In this document: one piece after another, positions 23,991 through 36,330 of the stretch
Numbering within the stretch: position 1 is the first letter of the stretch
How the letters are laid out: each line of letters opens with the position of its first letter
DNA from: Chiloscyllium plagiosum
Lineage: Eukaryota
Assembly (NCBI RefSeq): GCF_004010195.1
Contig: NC_057711.1
Coordinates: 78,103,371-78,167,370 of the forward strand
Length of the DNA: 64,000 nt
Direction: 5' to 3'
The notes under the pieces: generated by a model
Seen by the model: the letters and a program-made list of their open reading frames with translations, nothing else
Database searches by the model: none
What the model was told of the DNA's origin: nothing
Program-made: the position numbers and the translations under genes

Positions 23991-26632
23991 AGATGGGCAG
24001 AAGGAATAGGGTTGCCTTATTAGTAAGGACTGAAATTAAGTCGACAGCAAGAAATCAAGTAGGGTCAGATAGTGTATAATTTGTGTCGGTAAAATTGAGG
24101 AACTGCCAAAGGTTAAAAAAAAACTGTAGGTGGAGTTATGCACAGGCCTCCAAACAGTAATCAGGAGCTGGGGCACAAGACATCAGGAGATAGAAAAGAT
24201 GTGTAAGAAACGAAAAATTACAGGATCATGGGGGCTGGGGGGGGGGGAATTTCAATATACAGGTGGACTGAGAAAATCTGATTGGCAGTGGATTGCAAGA
24301 AAAGGAATTTGTGAAATGTCTATGAGATGGCTTGGTGGGGTCCACTAAGGAACAGGTAATATTGGATTTAGATTTGTGCAATGTGGAAGACTTGATAAGG
24401 GAGCTTAAGGTGAGGGAACCCTTAGGAGGCAGTGATCATAATATGATTGAATTTACTCTGCAATTTGAGAAGGAGAAGATAGAATCAGAGGTAACAGTAT
24501 TACAGCGGAACAAAGCCACTACAGAGACTTGAGGGAGGAGCGGGGCATAATTGTCTAGCAGGAAAGACAGTGGAACAGCAATGGCAGGGGTTTCTGGGAG
24601 CAATTCAGGAGACACAGCAAAAATTCATCCTGAGGAAAAAAGCAGTATACTAAAGGGAGGATGTGGCAACCATGGCCGAATATGGAGGTCAGGGATTACA
24701 TAAACGCAAAAAAAGTATATAATGTGGCAAAATGCAGTGGGAAACTGGAGGATTGGGAAGCTTACAAAGACCAACAAAGGGCAACCAAGAAATAAATAAG
24801 GAGGGAGAAGATTAAATACGATGGTAAGCCAGTCAGTAATAATAAAGGAAGACTGTAAGAGTTTCTTAAGATACACAAAGGACAAAAGAGTGGTAAAAGT
24901 GGACATTGGGCCCCTGGAAAATGATACTGGAGAGATAGTAGTGGGGGACAAGAACAAAGCTGAAGAACTGAATACTTACTTCACGTCAGTCTTCATGGTG
25001 GAAGATACAAGAAAGACCCCAAAATTTCGAGTGTTGGAGTAGGAGCTGAGCATAGTGGCCATCACCAAAGAGAAGATGCTAGAAAACCTGAACATCCTGA
25101 AAGTGGATAAATCACCTGGACCGGATGGACTACACCCCAGAGTTCTAAAGGAGATAGCTGCAGAGATAGTGGAGGTCTTAGAGGTGATCTTTCAGAAATC
25201 GCCAGAGTCATGGAGGGTCCCAGAGGACTGGAAAATCGCTAACATGACACTCCTGTTGAAAGAGCGAGTAAGGCAAAAGGCAGAAAACTACAGGCTGATT
25301 AGCCTAACCTCAGTCGCGAGTAAGGTCCTGGAATCCATTGTAACGGTTGAGATTTCTGCATACTTGGAAGTGTATGGTAAACTAAGACAAAGTCAGCATG
25401 GTTTCATCAAGCGAGGTTACGCTTGAAAATCTGAAAGAATCTTTTGAGGAAGAAAAGAACAGGTCAGACCAAGGGGAGCCAATGGATGTTATCTACCTGG
25501 AGTTCAAGGAGGCCTTTGACAAGGTGCCGCATAGGAGGCTGCTCAGCAAGGTAAGGGTCCAGGGGATTCAGGCAAGGTGCTAACATGGATAGAAAGCCAG
25601 TACGGGCGATAAAAGAGTCTCTCAAGACGGCAGCCAGTAACAAGTGAAGCTCTGCAAGGGTCAGTGTTGGGACCACAGCTTTTCCCTTTATATATTAATG
25701 ATCTAGACAAAGGAACTGACAGCATTCTGGCTACATTTGCAGACAATACAAAGATAGGTAGAGGGACAGATAGTATTGAGGCGGTGGGGAGGCTGTAGAA
25801 GGATTTAGACAGGTTAGGAGAGTGGGCAAAGAAGTGGCAGATGGAGTACAATGTGGGAAAGTGAGAGGTCATGTGCTTTGGTGAGAAGAATAGAAGTATG
25901 GATTATTTTCTAAATGGGGAGAAAATTCAGAAGTCTGAAGTGCAAAGAGATTGGGAGTTCTACTCCAGGATTCTCTCAAGGTAAACTTGCAGGTTGAGTC
26001 AGTAGATAGGAAGGCAGTTGGCACTTGTTTTGAGGAAACTTGAATATAAAAGTAGGGATGTATTTCAGAGTCTCTAAAATACTCTGGTCAGACTACATTT
26101 GGAATAATGTGTGCAGCTTTGGGCCCAATATCTCAGAAGGAACGTATTGGCCCTGGAGTGTGTTCAGAGAAGGTTCACAAGAATGGTCTCAGGAATGAAA
26201 AGCTTAACATATGAGGAATGTTTGAGGACTCGGACTATATTCGATGGAATTGATAAGGATAAAGGGAGATCTAATTGAAACTGAATGGCCTGGAGAGAAT
26301 GGATTTTGGCGAGATGTTTCCATTGGTAGGAGTGTCTAAGACCAGAGGGCCCAGCATTAGAGCAAAGGAAGACCATTTGGACTGGAGATAAGGAGAAAAT
26401 TGTTCAGCCAGAGAAAGGTGAATCTATGGAATTCACTGCCACAGAAGACTGTGGGGGCCAGGTTATTGAGTATATTTAAGTTCGAGATAGATAGGTTTTT
26501 GATTGTCAAGGTAATCAAGGGTTAAAAGGGAGAAAGCAGGAGAATCGGATCAAGAAACTTATCAGCCATGATTGAATGGCAGAGCTGAATGGCCTAATGG
26601 GCTGAATGGCCTAATTTCTGATCCTATGTCTT
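23990..26632 (+). mobile_element. CR1-type LINE ORF2, long decayed copy with 3' end
   Basis: LGGSDHNMIEF, KSPGPDGLHPRVLKE, NYRLISLTS, SQHGF, EAFDKVPH, QGSVLGPQLF and FADNTK motifs in order, with frameshifts. Confidence 0.9.
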
Positions 26633-26806
26633 ATTGTTGTGGTTCTGTTCGCCGAGCTGGAAATTTTTGTTGCAAACGTTTCGTCCCCTGTCTAGGTGAC
26701 ATCCTCAGTGCTTGGGAGCCTCCTGTGAAGTGCTTCTGTGGTGTTTCCTCCGGCATTTATAGTGGCCTGTCCCTGCCGCTTCCGGTTGTCAGTTTCAGCG
26801 GACAGC
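26633..26806 (-). mobile_element. Solo 3' terminal repeat of PLE family C
   Basis: Near-identical reverse complement of about 30337-30500. Confidence 0.88.
26672..26711 (-). ncRNA. Minimal type I hammerhead ribozyme motif, family C
   Basis: Minus strand GCA-CTGAGGA-T-GTCACCT-AGAC-AGGGGAC-GAAAC-GTT-TGC. Confidence 0.78.
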
Positions 26807-27099
26807 TTATGTTTTAAAAAACTCAGAATTCTATAGTTTTGCTGAGTAACAGCTATCCAAATAGTACAATTAGTTTTATCAGGCATAGAATCATAATTTC
26901 AAATAATCTTAATACTTCCATACTAAAATGGACTTTGCCTACTTAAAGGAAATATAGGAAAGTCCAGTGCAAAACTGAGACATTTTTGGCTGATCCCAAT
27001 GGCAAAAAAAAATTTGCAAAAATCAAATAATATAGTCATTATAATGAAACAAACTACCAGAAGGTACTCTGAGAGTATGTTATAAATTCACATTGGAGA

Positions 27100-27750
27100 A
27101 ATTGGGAAGACTGTTAAAAACTTTGTTAGATGTAGGTTTTAAGGAGCATCTTAAAAGAGAAAAGTGAGGCATGTACGCTAGGGGAGGGAATCCCAGTGCC
27201 TTGGCAGCTGAAAACGTGCATTAATGATGGTGCAATTAAAATTGAGGTATTCGAGAGTCCAGAAATTGCTGAGCTCAGAACATCTATTCATGAAACTCAA
27301 AGCAAATCAGAGATAGGGATATCATATGGGAAGCTAGTCAGGAATGTGCTGAATTGTAAGCGGAATGTTCAGAAGCAGTTGATAGGAGGCATGGGCGGAG
27401 TTGGACGATGCTATACTTTGCGATTGTGTGGACATAAAGTCAGAACTTCAACTTAGATTCTGCTACAACATTTAGTTGGGGAAGATTTCTGTACATGCAT
27501 TATAAGGTGTTTGACAAGCAGTCTGATTACTTTGCAACAATGGAGATTGTGGAGGGAGATTGTGATGAGGTAGAGCTAGAGCTAGACTTCATCAGCATCT
27601 CTATGAAAATTGATGTGCTATTTAGGAAAATGTCACAATGGTAACATGCAGAAGAGAAAGAGGGGACCAAGAACAGATCCATGAGGGACATCAGAGTTGG
27701 TGGTGCAGAAGTTGACAGAGAAGTCATTCCACATGGTACTCTGGCTACTA
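27100..27750 (-). mobile_element. Ancient L2-like LINE remnant
   Basis: Minus-strand SDVPHGSVLGPLFL (RT motif) near 27655-27695. Related tail-like sequence occurs at about 10850-11070 and 30750-30950. Confidence 0.5.
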
Positions 27751-28982
27751 CTCTTCAGTTACTATCAACGTCTTCCCATAATTGTCTAATCTACCTAAAT
27801 ATTTATGTCACCTTTTTAAAAATCAGGCTCTCTTTACTGCATTTAAAAATCTGATTGGACAGCAATGTGTTTCATGATTAATACAAAGCCACGTAATTCT
27901 AATGAAACACAATGCAGTAAAGAAACCTACCAACATACTTAATTTGCCAATGATGCATCGTGTACAACTATTAGTATTACTGAAACAGAAGAACAGCTGT
28001 GATTCACATTCAATGGTGTACAGGAGTTTGAACTGATTAAGATGTAATTATGCAATACTTTGGACACATTCAACCAACTTAACTGACCAAGTATCATCCA
28101 GTGACAAAATGCGGAGACCACATTTGCTGGAAAAGGGATGATTTATTTTGACCCACACTAAACTGGTCTACCCACTATTCTTACAACACATGAGAGTTTA
28201 AGTCAACTCTGATCTGAACATTATTTTCCGCATCATCCACAAAACTGCAGCAGTTCAAGAATGTCAAGCAACATCTTCAAAGCAAATAGCAAGTGACAAT
28301 AAATGAGGCCTTGGCACAGTCTTTCAACTCTTAAGAACATTGTTAATGCTTCGTAAACTTTAAACGAATTGTCCAAGCAAAAGTAATCATGTTGCAACTT
28401 TTACTTCACTCAATTTCGAAGTGTTCACCAGACCCACGATAATAGCTTGAATTCCACAAAGTTATTACACCATACTGAGTCACTCCTTCAATGAGTCAGA
28501 ATACAGATATAGAACAGATGCCTATCAGACAATGTCACAAAACAGTCATTAGCCAACATTTTATAATGAAGAAAATGAAATTTATATTCTCTTGGGGAAA
28601 CAAAATCTGTTCAAGTACCTGTCAGATGTATCAAGCTATTACATAGTTACAAATCAGGTGAACCAACACAATAGTGTATATTTACATGAAAGCCATTCAC
28701 TGCAATACGTCAAATGGCAGCTCTTTATTACCATAATCCAAGACTAGTCCAATTTTGGAGATATTTCCCCCATTTTCCCTCACAATTCCTGCTTCAAGTA
28801 TTCATCCAAATATCCTTTACACAGTCTCTGCTTAAACCCACGGCCAGTCCAATCTGTAACAGCCTTGCATCAACAATTTTTTTTTTTTAAATCTTGCTCT
28901 GTAATGACAATTATGAATCCTACTCAGTGTGGTTTTCATCTGTCACTGCAATTTAATCAAAATAGCAAACAGAGAGCAAGGG

Positions 28983-30500
28983 TGCTTTCATAGTTCACGA
29001 CTTGGTCTGTGTGTGTGGCTTTCCTGTGTACCGTAGTGGTGAATTCTCCGTTTGGTGTTCTCTGTACCCTCACGTCTAGGAATGGGAGTTGGTTGTCCTT
29101 TTCTTCCTCTCTCGTGAATCAGATTCCTGTGAGTGTGGAGTTGATGATCCAGTGTGTTTTCTCTATTTCCGTGTTTTTAATGATTACAAAGGTGTCATCA
29201 ACGTATCTGACCCAGAGTTTGGGTTTAATTTGTGGTAAGACTGTTTGTTCTAACCTTTGCATTACTGCTTCTGCTATGAGTCCCGAGATCGGTGCGCCCA
29301 TGGGTGTTCCGTTGATTTGTTTGTATATCTGGTTGTTGAATGTGAAGTGTGTTGTGAGGCACAAGTCCAGTAGTTTAAGTATGCCGTCTTTGTTGATGGG
29401 TTCAACGTCCTGTTGTCTGTTATGTCTGTTCAGCAGGTTGGCTATTGTTCCCTGGCTAGGGCTTTGTCAATAGAGGTGAACAGTGCTGTTACGTCAAATG
29501 AGACCATGGTTTCTTCCTTGTCTGTGTATATTTCTGATGATGTCCAAGAATTCCTGTGTTGATTGTAGAGAGTGTCTGGATCTGCTGATCAGGTGTTTCA
29601 GTTTCTCCTGTCAGCGGAACACCAAACGGAGAATTCACCACTAAGATACACAGGAAAGCCACACACACAGAACAAGTCCTGAACTATGAAAGCAACCACC
29701 CCAATACACACAAACGAAGTTGCATCAAGACACTATTCAAAAGGGCCACAACACACTGCAGCACACCAGAACTGCAAAAAGAGGAAAAGGAATACCTATA
29801 CAAGATATTCGCCAAAAACGGATACCCTCGCAATTTCATCAACAGATGCCTAAGGGAAAGACAACGGAACGAGGACATGCCGCAACCCAAAGGACTAGCC
29901 ACACTACCATACATCAAGAACATCTCTGAAATGACAGCCAGACTACTGCGACCACTAGGACTAAAAGCAGCACACAAACGAACAGCCACACTCAGACAAC
30001 AACTCACCAGAACGAAGGACCCGATACCCAGCATGAGCAAAACTAATGTAGTGTACAAAATCCCATGCAAGGACTGCACAAAACACGATATAGGACAAAC
30101 AGGAAGACAGCTAAAGATCCGCATCCACGAACATCAACTAGCACGAAACGACACGACCAGCTATCCCCAGTAGCCACACACGCAGATGATAAGCAACACG
30201 AATTCGACTGGGACAACACTACCATTATAGGGCAAACCAAACAAAGAACAGCCAGGGAATTCCTAGAAGCATGGCACTCATCCACAAACTCCATCAACAA
30301 ACACATCGACCTGGACCCAATATACCAGCCACTACAGCGGACAGCTGAAACTGACAACCAGAAGCGGCAGGGACAGGCCACTATAAATGCCGGAGGAAAC
30401 ACCACAGAAGCGCTTCACAGGAGGCTCCCAAGCACTGAGGATGTCACCTAGACAGGGGACGAAACGTTTGCAACAAAAACTTCCAGCTCGGCGAACAGAA
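28983..30500. mobile_element. Penelope/Poseidon-like retroelement (family C) with inverted 5' part
   Basis: 28983-29610 (-): RT motifs QINGTPMGAPISG and WVRYVDDTF. 29612-30500 (+): thumb and GIY-YIG endonuclease NVVYKIPCKDCTKHDIGQTGRQLKIRIHEH...REFLEAWHS...SIN, one frameshift, ending in a hammerhead-bearing terminal repeat. Confidence 0.92.
30432..30471 (+). ncRNA. Minimal type I hammerhead ribozyme motif, family C
   Basis: GCA-CTGAGGA-T-GTCACCT-AGAC-AGGGGAC-GAAAC-GTT-TGC: stem I GCA/TGC, stem II 6 of 7 paired, palindrome AACGTT, GUU triplet. Located at the 3' end of the PLE ORF. Confidence 0.8.
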
Positions 30501-30944
30501 TCAGTTTTTATTTATTTTACCTCCTAGTGTATCTGAAGCATCTCCGTGACCATTTGGAACATCAAATGTAGAGTATGCACCCACCAAATAGCTCATACAG
30601 TTAATCCACACTTAAAAATGCCTTTGACTTGCAAACCATCAATATGACCATGAAGAACTGAAAGAACAATAATGCTACTCATTAACCACAAATAAACTAC
30701 CAACACCACACAGAACAATATGTAAATAAAACCTTTATAAAGTAGTGAAACATCTAAAAATGCTTTACAGGTGCAGTATAAAATAAAAGCATACCACAAT
30801 AAGATACATTAGGTCAGATAACCAAAAGCTTGACCAAATAATTTTTTTCTTCTAAAAAACAGCAGTGCCTTCAAGGAGAAAGGGGGAGAATCATGGCCAC
30901 CAATAATGAAACAGTTATAACTGATAATGCAGGAGGAGGTCAGT

Positions 30945-31240
30945 TTTCAGCTACCTCTTCAATATCTGAACAAGCTGAGCTACCTGAACAATAATTTTCA
31001 CTTGACTCCACTCACCTCCCCCAAATAAAAGCCAATACTTTGGAAATGTGTATAAATCCCTCTGTGTGGGACATGTACAACAGGTATTATTGTAGTCATA
31101 TGCAGCTATCATACCTCATTATTTTTTAAAATACATCGATGACTGTTGTGGCACTGTTCCCTGCTCATACTCAGAAGATCAAGAACATTGCTTTCAATTT
31201 TCACTTGTGTGCCTTCAGCGGTCCATTCCTAATTCTATTA
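30945..31240 (+). mobile_element. Highly decayed PLE RT fragment
   Basis: LNNNFSLDSTH and KYIDDC remnants; resembles the continuation of the 22300-22720 family. Confidence 0.45.
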
Positions 31241-31427
31241 GACTGATTCCTCAAATGGCAGGACCAATATATGAAGAGAGATTGGATCGGTTAGGCCCAT
31301 TGGGAGTGGAGATCTCATAGAACCCTATAAAATTCTAAAATGACAAGATATGATAAGCGCAGAAAGAATGATAACCAATGGACTATTACTAGATCCCTTT
31401 TGTCCTAGAGCATGGAACCACTCCCAC

Positions 31428-31665
31428 TATTAAGATTTTTTTCTTGAGATTCTTACACACTTGATGCAACTGCAATACACCAACTTCTGTGAACAGCCAA
31501 AATTTATTATGACAAGCTTTGGAGCACCACTTGACACTCCTCACAATGCTTGTGAAGCATGTCAAGAGAAGCTTGCTGAACAAAGGGACCAGCTCTTCCT
31601 TTATACAAGATCTTTGCATCACAGTCAGCAATGCCCATAAGACAATCCTCAGCCACTCCCCCAGT
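31428..31665 (-). mobile_element. Partial LTR (3' half), same family as 45486-48195
   Basis: Reverse-complement similarity to about 47935-48195 and direct similarity to 34522-34750. Confidence 0.8.
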
Positions 31666-33599
31666 ATTTAAATTATTGACACACAAGGTACAATTATTAT
31701 AATGACATTAATTACTAGTCCATGCAGTAGATTAGAATCACAGGATCCTCCCGCGTGGGAAAAAAACATTCAGCAGTAAAGTTCTTAAATCCATTGTCCT
31801 TAGTGACCACTCCAAACTATCCAAGTTGAGTAGAAATGAGACAGTTATCCAAAATCTCCTTCGGTAAACTCCAATCTGAAAATAAAATCCCGTCTGTCCT
31901 TGCACATCACTCCACAGAGAAATCTGAATTCTTGGATGAAGGCAGTTAAATACTTAACAAAACTGACAAGACTTCCATCCTTGTGGAGATGCTTCAAATG
32001 GAGGATACCACCGCGGTTGAGCGAAAAGTGCAGCAGCTGCAGCTACAGGCTAGGTGAACGCAGCATTCTTTGCTGCTTCGGCTCCCTCTCTGCTGTTTAA
32101 ATGTAACAAAGCCAACTGGCTGTTGTGATATTAGCTTGATCAGTGAACCTTCATATCCCTTAAATTATAGAAAGAGACGATAAAGCTCACGTGGCTTAAT
32201 GTCCATAGGAAGTCCACTGACAAAAAGTATATGGACCTCCACTTTATCGTTGTTACTTTCTTCACTTTTCATGCTCATGACTGGGGAGGTGATTGAATCT
32301 GTTGGGATCAGGTTGTGGAGGGGTGGGCGGTGATCCGAAGGCGTACTTTACCTCGAAATGGAGAAACTCTTCGAGATGATATCAGCTGCTGAAAGTACCT
32401 CTGTATTTCCTCTCATTCCTTCCTTGCCAAGGTAGGTATCAGTATAAAGACAGTCACACATTTAACTATTCCAACAGTCTCAGTCATCTTGAAGTCTGTT
32501 ACTCTGTTTACTATTTATGACATTATCAAGTTTTATACAATCCATAAACGTCTAAATTGCACTGCCTGAACAATTCAGTCACTTATAAACAACAAAAAAT
32601 GGTCCTAAAATTAAACCCTCAGGGACTCCATTCAGGTTATTCAAAAATTATTTTCCTTTAACAAATGAATACTCAGTTAATGTGAAAGCTGTCAGGAAAA
32701 GCATTTCAAACCAAGTTTTTCTTTAACTTCTGTTACTATTTACTTCATGCTGAGCTGTAATAAAGTTTGATTTCAAGTCTTCTATTTTCCTGATCACTTA
32801 AGCAAGGCTTTACCAGCAGTATTCACATGCAGACATTTCCTTGAAGTTTAATTTTTTTTTGCTATATCTACCAGTCAATCTTTAAACAGTCCTGCCAGCT
32901 GAGAATCATTCAAATGGAACAGAGCCCATAGCTGGACTCACTGCTGTGTTCTGTCCGAAATTACAGTAAGCACTATACTAATTAAGTTCTTGTGTCATCT
33001 CACACATTAAGATCCTTAATTCTAAAATGTTGGAAATAATTGGTAGAAATTATGTTTCACACGAAGTGTGAAAGCAATACACAAATATTTCATTTTTTTT
33101 TGTTACCAAGTACTAATAGCTAATAGTATTGTGTAAGTTGATAGAAAACAGATATGAGCAGTCACTTAACAAAACAAAGCAACATATGAATATTTCCTAA
33201 ACAACTGCAAATTAAATTGACATCTATGAACTGAAACTTAAAATGAAAATAAAAATGGAATAAAATTAAATATTCTAGGTATTATTAGCGTTGGTAACGA
33301 AGCAGCAGGTATACACACTTGGCCAACTGGAGTGATCCAGAAGCCTTTTGACACAGAGTGCGAACACCCATGTGTCTTCTATATTTGTTTTGCAGGGTCA
33401 GGGTCACCCTCACCTTTACCACCCCCCCCCCACCCCACCAACCACCCCTGTAGTTTAGTCCCTGTATTTTGTTTCCAAATTACCTTCTCTACTTTCAAAC
33501 ATTCATCTATGTCCCAAGTTCCTCTGAGCAGTCAAATTTCATTTCCCGATTGTTTATTTAAACATCCTGACAGGCCACCTGAACCGTTCCCCATTTTGG

Positions 33600-35065
33600 G
33601 GGTCATCTCAGCATAACTGATATAAAGAGGTCCTGACACCTGACTTATCCAACGTTTGTCCCATTTTTTTTCCCTGGGCTGAATTTCCAATCTTACTTCT
33701 ATATACTAGCCCAGTGTTCTGAGTCTCCACACTCAGTTCAGGGTCCTGACCTTCATGTGGGGGACTTCCCCTCTTGACAACCAATCTAAGGCAGAGTGGT
33801 CGAGACAGACACAACCATTATTTTTTACCTTATGCACTATGGCCCAGAGCCTCAAACCTAATCCAGTGTCCTCAGTCTCCACACCCACTTCAGAGTCCCA
33901 ACCTTCATGTGGGTATTGCCCCTCTGAACAACCAACATATATGGAAGCTTCTAGACAGACTGAGTAAGTGATTGTCTGAGTGCCGGTTGCGTGAGATAGA
34001 TAGGCCATTTAGTAAGAATTACCTTGCTCTCTCTCACGAACCTATCATTCCGTCAACCCCTCACCCCCAGGACTCTGGAGTGACGGAATGTCCGAGTTAA
34101 GACAGACACAGTTGAGACAGACACAGTAGTTTTTTTTTAATCTTGTGCATTATGCTCTGGAGCCTCAAGCCTCACTATTAGAGAACTCTGACTTCTGAAT
34201 TCCAGGGGGAACTCTAACCTCCCTTTCAGTGAACTTATGATTCTGAGGACTCAAACTTCCGAATTCAAAGGGCACTCTAACCTCCTCAAGAACTTATGGT
34301 TCTGAAAGAGAACTCATTGGTGTGCAAGTGCATAAGTTAACTCGGACATTCCGTCACTACAGAGTCCTGGGGGTGAGGGGTTGACGGAGTAATAGGTTCA
34401 TGAGAGAGAGCAAGGTAACTCTTACTAAATGGCCTTCTCACGCAACCGGCACTCAGACAATCACTTACTCAGTCTGTCTAGAAGCTCCCATATATGTTGG
34501 AACCCCCCCACTGCCACTAAATGTTAGGTTCATTTTTTCGAGATTCTTATACTTGATGCAATTGCAGTGTGCCAACTTCTGTGAACAGCCAAAATTCATT
34601 AAGTACAAGTTTTGGAGGATCATTTAACACTCCTCACAATGCTTGCCAAGCATGTCAAAAAATCTCTCTGAACAAGTGAACAGTCCTCCTTTTTGTACAG
34701 GATGTTACATCAGTCAGTAATGCCCACAAGACAACCCCCAGCCACACATACCGTCACATGCCACTCTCACACAGAGTCACATGCCACTCAAAACAATGCA
34801 GTGACCTGATTATCTCCAGAAACAATGTGATGTAAATCATCCCTTCAATCTTATTTTTATGTGCAGGGTATAGTCAGAATTTTGACTGCAATGTTCTTAT
34901 TGATTCTGAATAGAAGATCATAATGTAAACTTACTCTGAAGAGGAGGAGATGACAATGTATTTTTTTTTACATTGTACCTGCAAGACAGAGAAACATACC
35001 ACCCTACCCCAGGGACATCCAATTTCTTGAAGGTCAGCAGAGCAAATTAACCCCTTAACATTTCA
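33600..35065 (-). mobile_element. LTR element copy 2: 5' LTR 34522-35065, degenerate PBS and rearranged leader
   Basis: On the minus strand the LTR runs TGAAATGTTAAGGGG...CCTAACA, then TT and TAGTGGCAGTGGGGG (decayed PBS), then sequence homologous to 46030-46620. Confidence 0.8.
33932..34500. repeat. About 165-bp inverted repeat with a 236-nt spacer
   Basis: 33932-34100 is the reverse complement of 34337-34500, with roughly ten differences. Confidence 0.92.
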
Positions 35066-35349
35066 CCACAGCTCGTGTTGCTGAATGTAATAGGATTTCA
35101 ATCCCACGTGAGCAGTTGTAGATATGTACAATGATGATGTGAAAATCAAGAGCACCCATCTGTAAGGTACTCATAAACTTTTAGGCTTCATTATATTTGC
35201 TGTGCCTTCCGAAAATTAATCAGTGATTAACTGCTTTCAAAAAAATCAATTTTTAAAAGATTTCTTGGCTTAGGGCACAGATAGAAAGAATGAAAATGAG
35301 AAAGATGTGCTGTGTTATCGGAGTTTAGGTGGTGGGTTCAAGGCCCTGT

Positions 35350-36330
35350 ATGTCATAGTAGTTGGCAGTTGAAATGGAGGAAACCATGCTGCTCAATAAT
35401 AGTTGAAGAGTGACAAAGCTAGAATCATGGTAATGGTGACTTGGGAGAAAAGTCAAGCCATAACCTTACAAAGTCATATTCAATTAATCATACTTCATCA
35501 GTGCCCTCAGACCCTGACATCAACACCACCGCTACATCTGTCTCACCAGATCAGACCAACTAGAGCTGGAAACAATACAGCTGTGAAGAGTAGCTGACTC
35601 AATATTTACTCTGGACCTCAAAATGATTTATGGCAGCCTCGTTTCTATACATACTCTTTCATAAGTCAGTACTCCTCCATATTGACAATACTTGAAACAG
35701 GCACTGAAAATAGCAAAGGCTCAATGTATTCTGCAATGGCTATAACAGAGACTCAGTAGCAGCACTACTGACAGCATTGACAAAGTCCAGTAAAGCACTA
35801 TTTATCAAACTGCCTTGTGACAATTGGTGAAAAGGATCAACACAAGAAAAAATAACGACATCACCTCATTCCCAATCTTTCTGTCACAGATGCACATGAA
35901 ACACTGCATCAGCCTTGTGAAGGTGAAATCTCACATTCACAGTGAGGACGTTGTGCACCATGTTTTATCTATGTGCTAGATCAGACAAATTCAGATCAAA
36001 TCTAGCAGTTCAAATCTGAGGATCCATGAGACACTGATGGATATTAGAAATCTGTAATTTTAAGGGCTGCTATCTCTCTCATTCTATCATTACCATTAAG
36101 TTATGAGATGCATGTTGGTTTGGTGAGGATTTGGAGAGAATGGAGCAGCAAAAGACTTAACTAAAAGTGAGGTGCCAATGTGTTGAAGCTACAAACATGT
36201 AAAAACAGTAGAAGTAGCATATTTATAAACAGGCTGAAACCATTAGACCCAGTGAGTCCTTGATGCTTCTCTGTTGAGTGATACCACAACCAATGGATCA
36301 GATTAAAGCCCTGCAATTCTGCGAAAGTGT
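35350..36330 (+). mobile_element. Highly decayed LINE related to 13203-16345
   Basis: Patchy reverse similarity to about 15200-16060. Confidence 0.45.
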
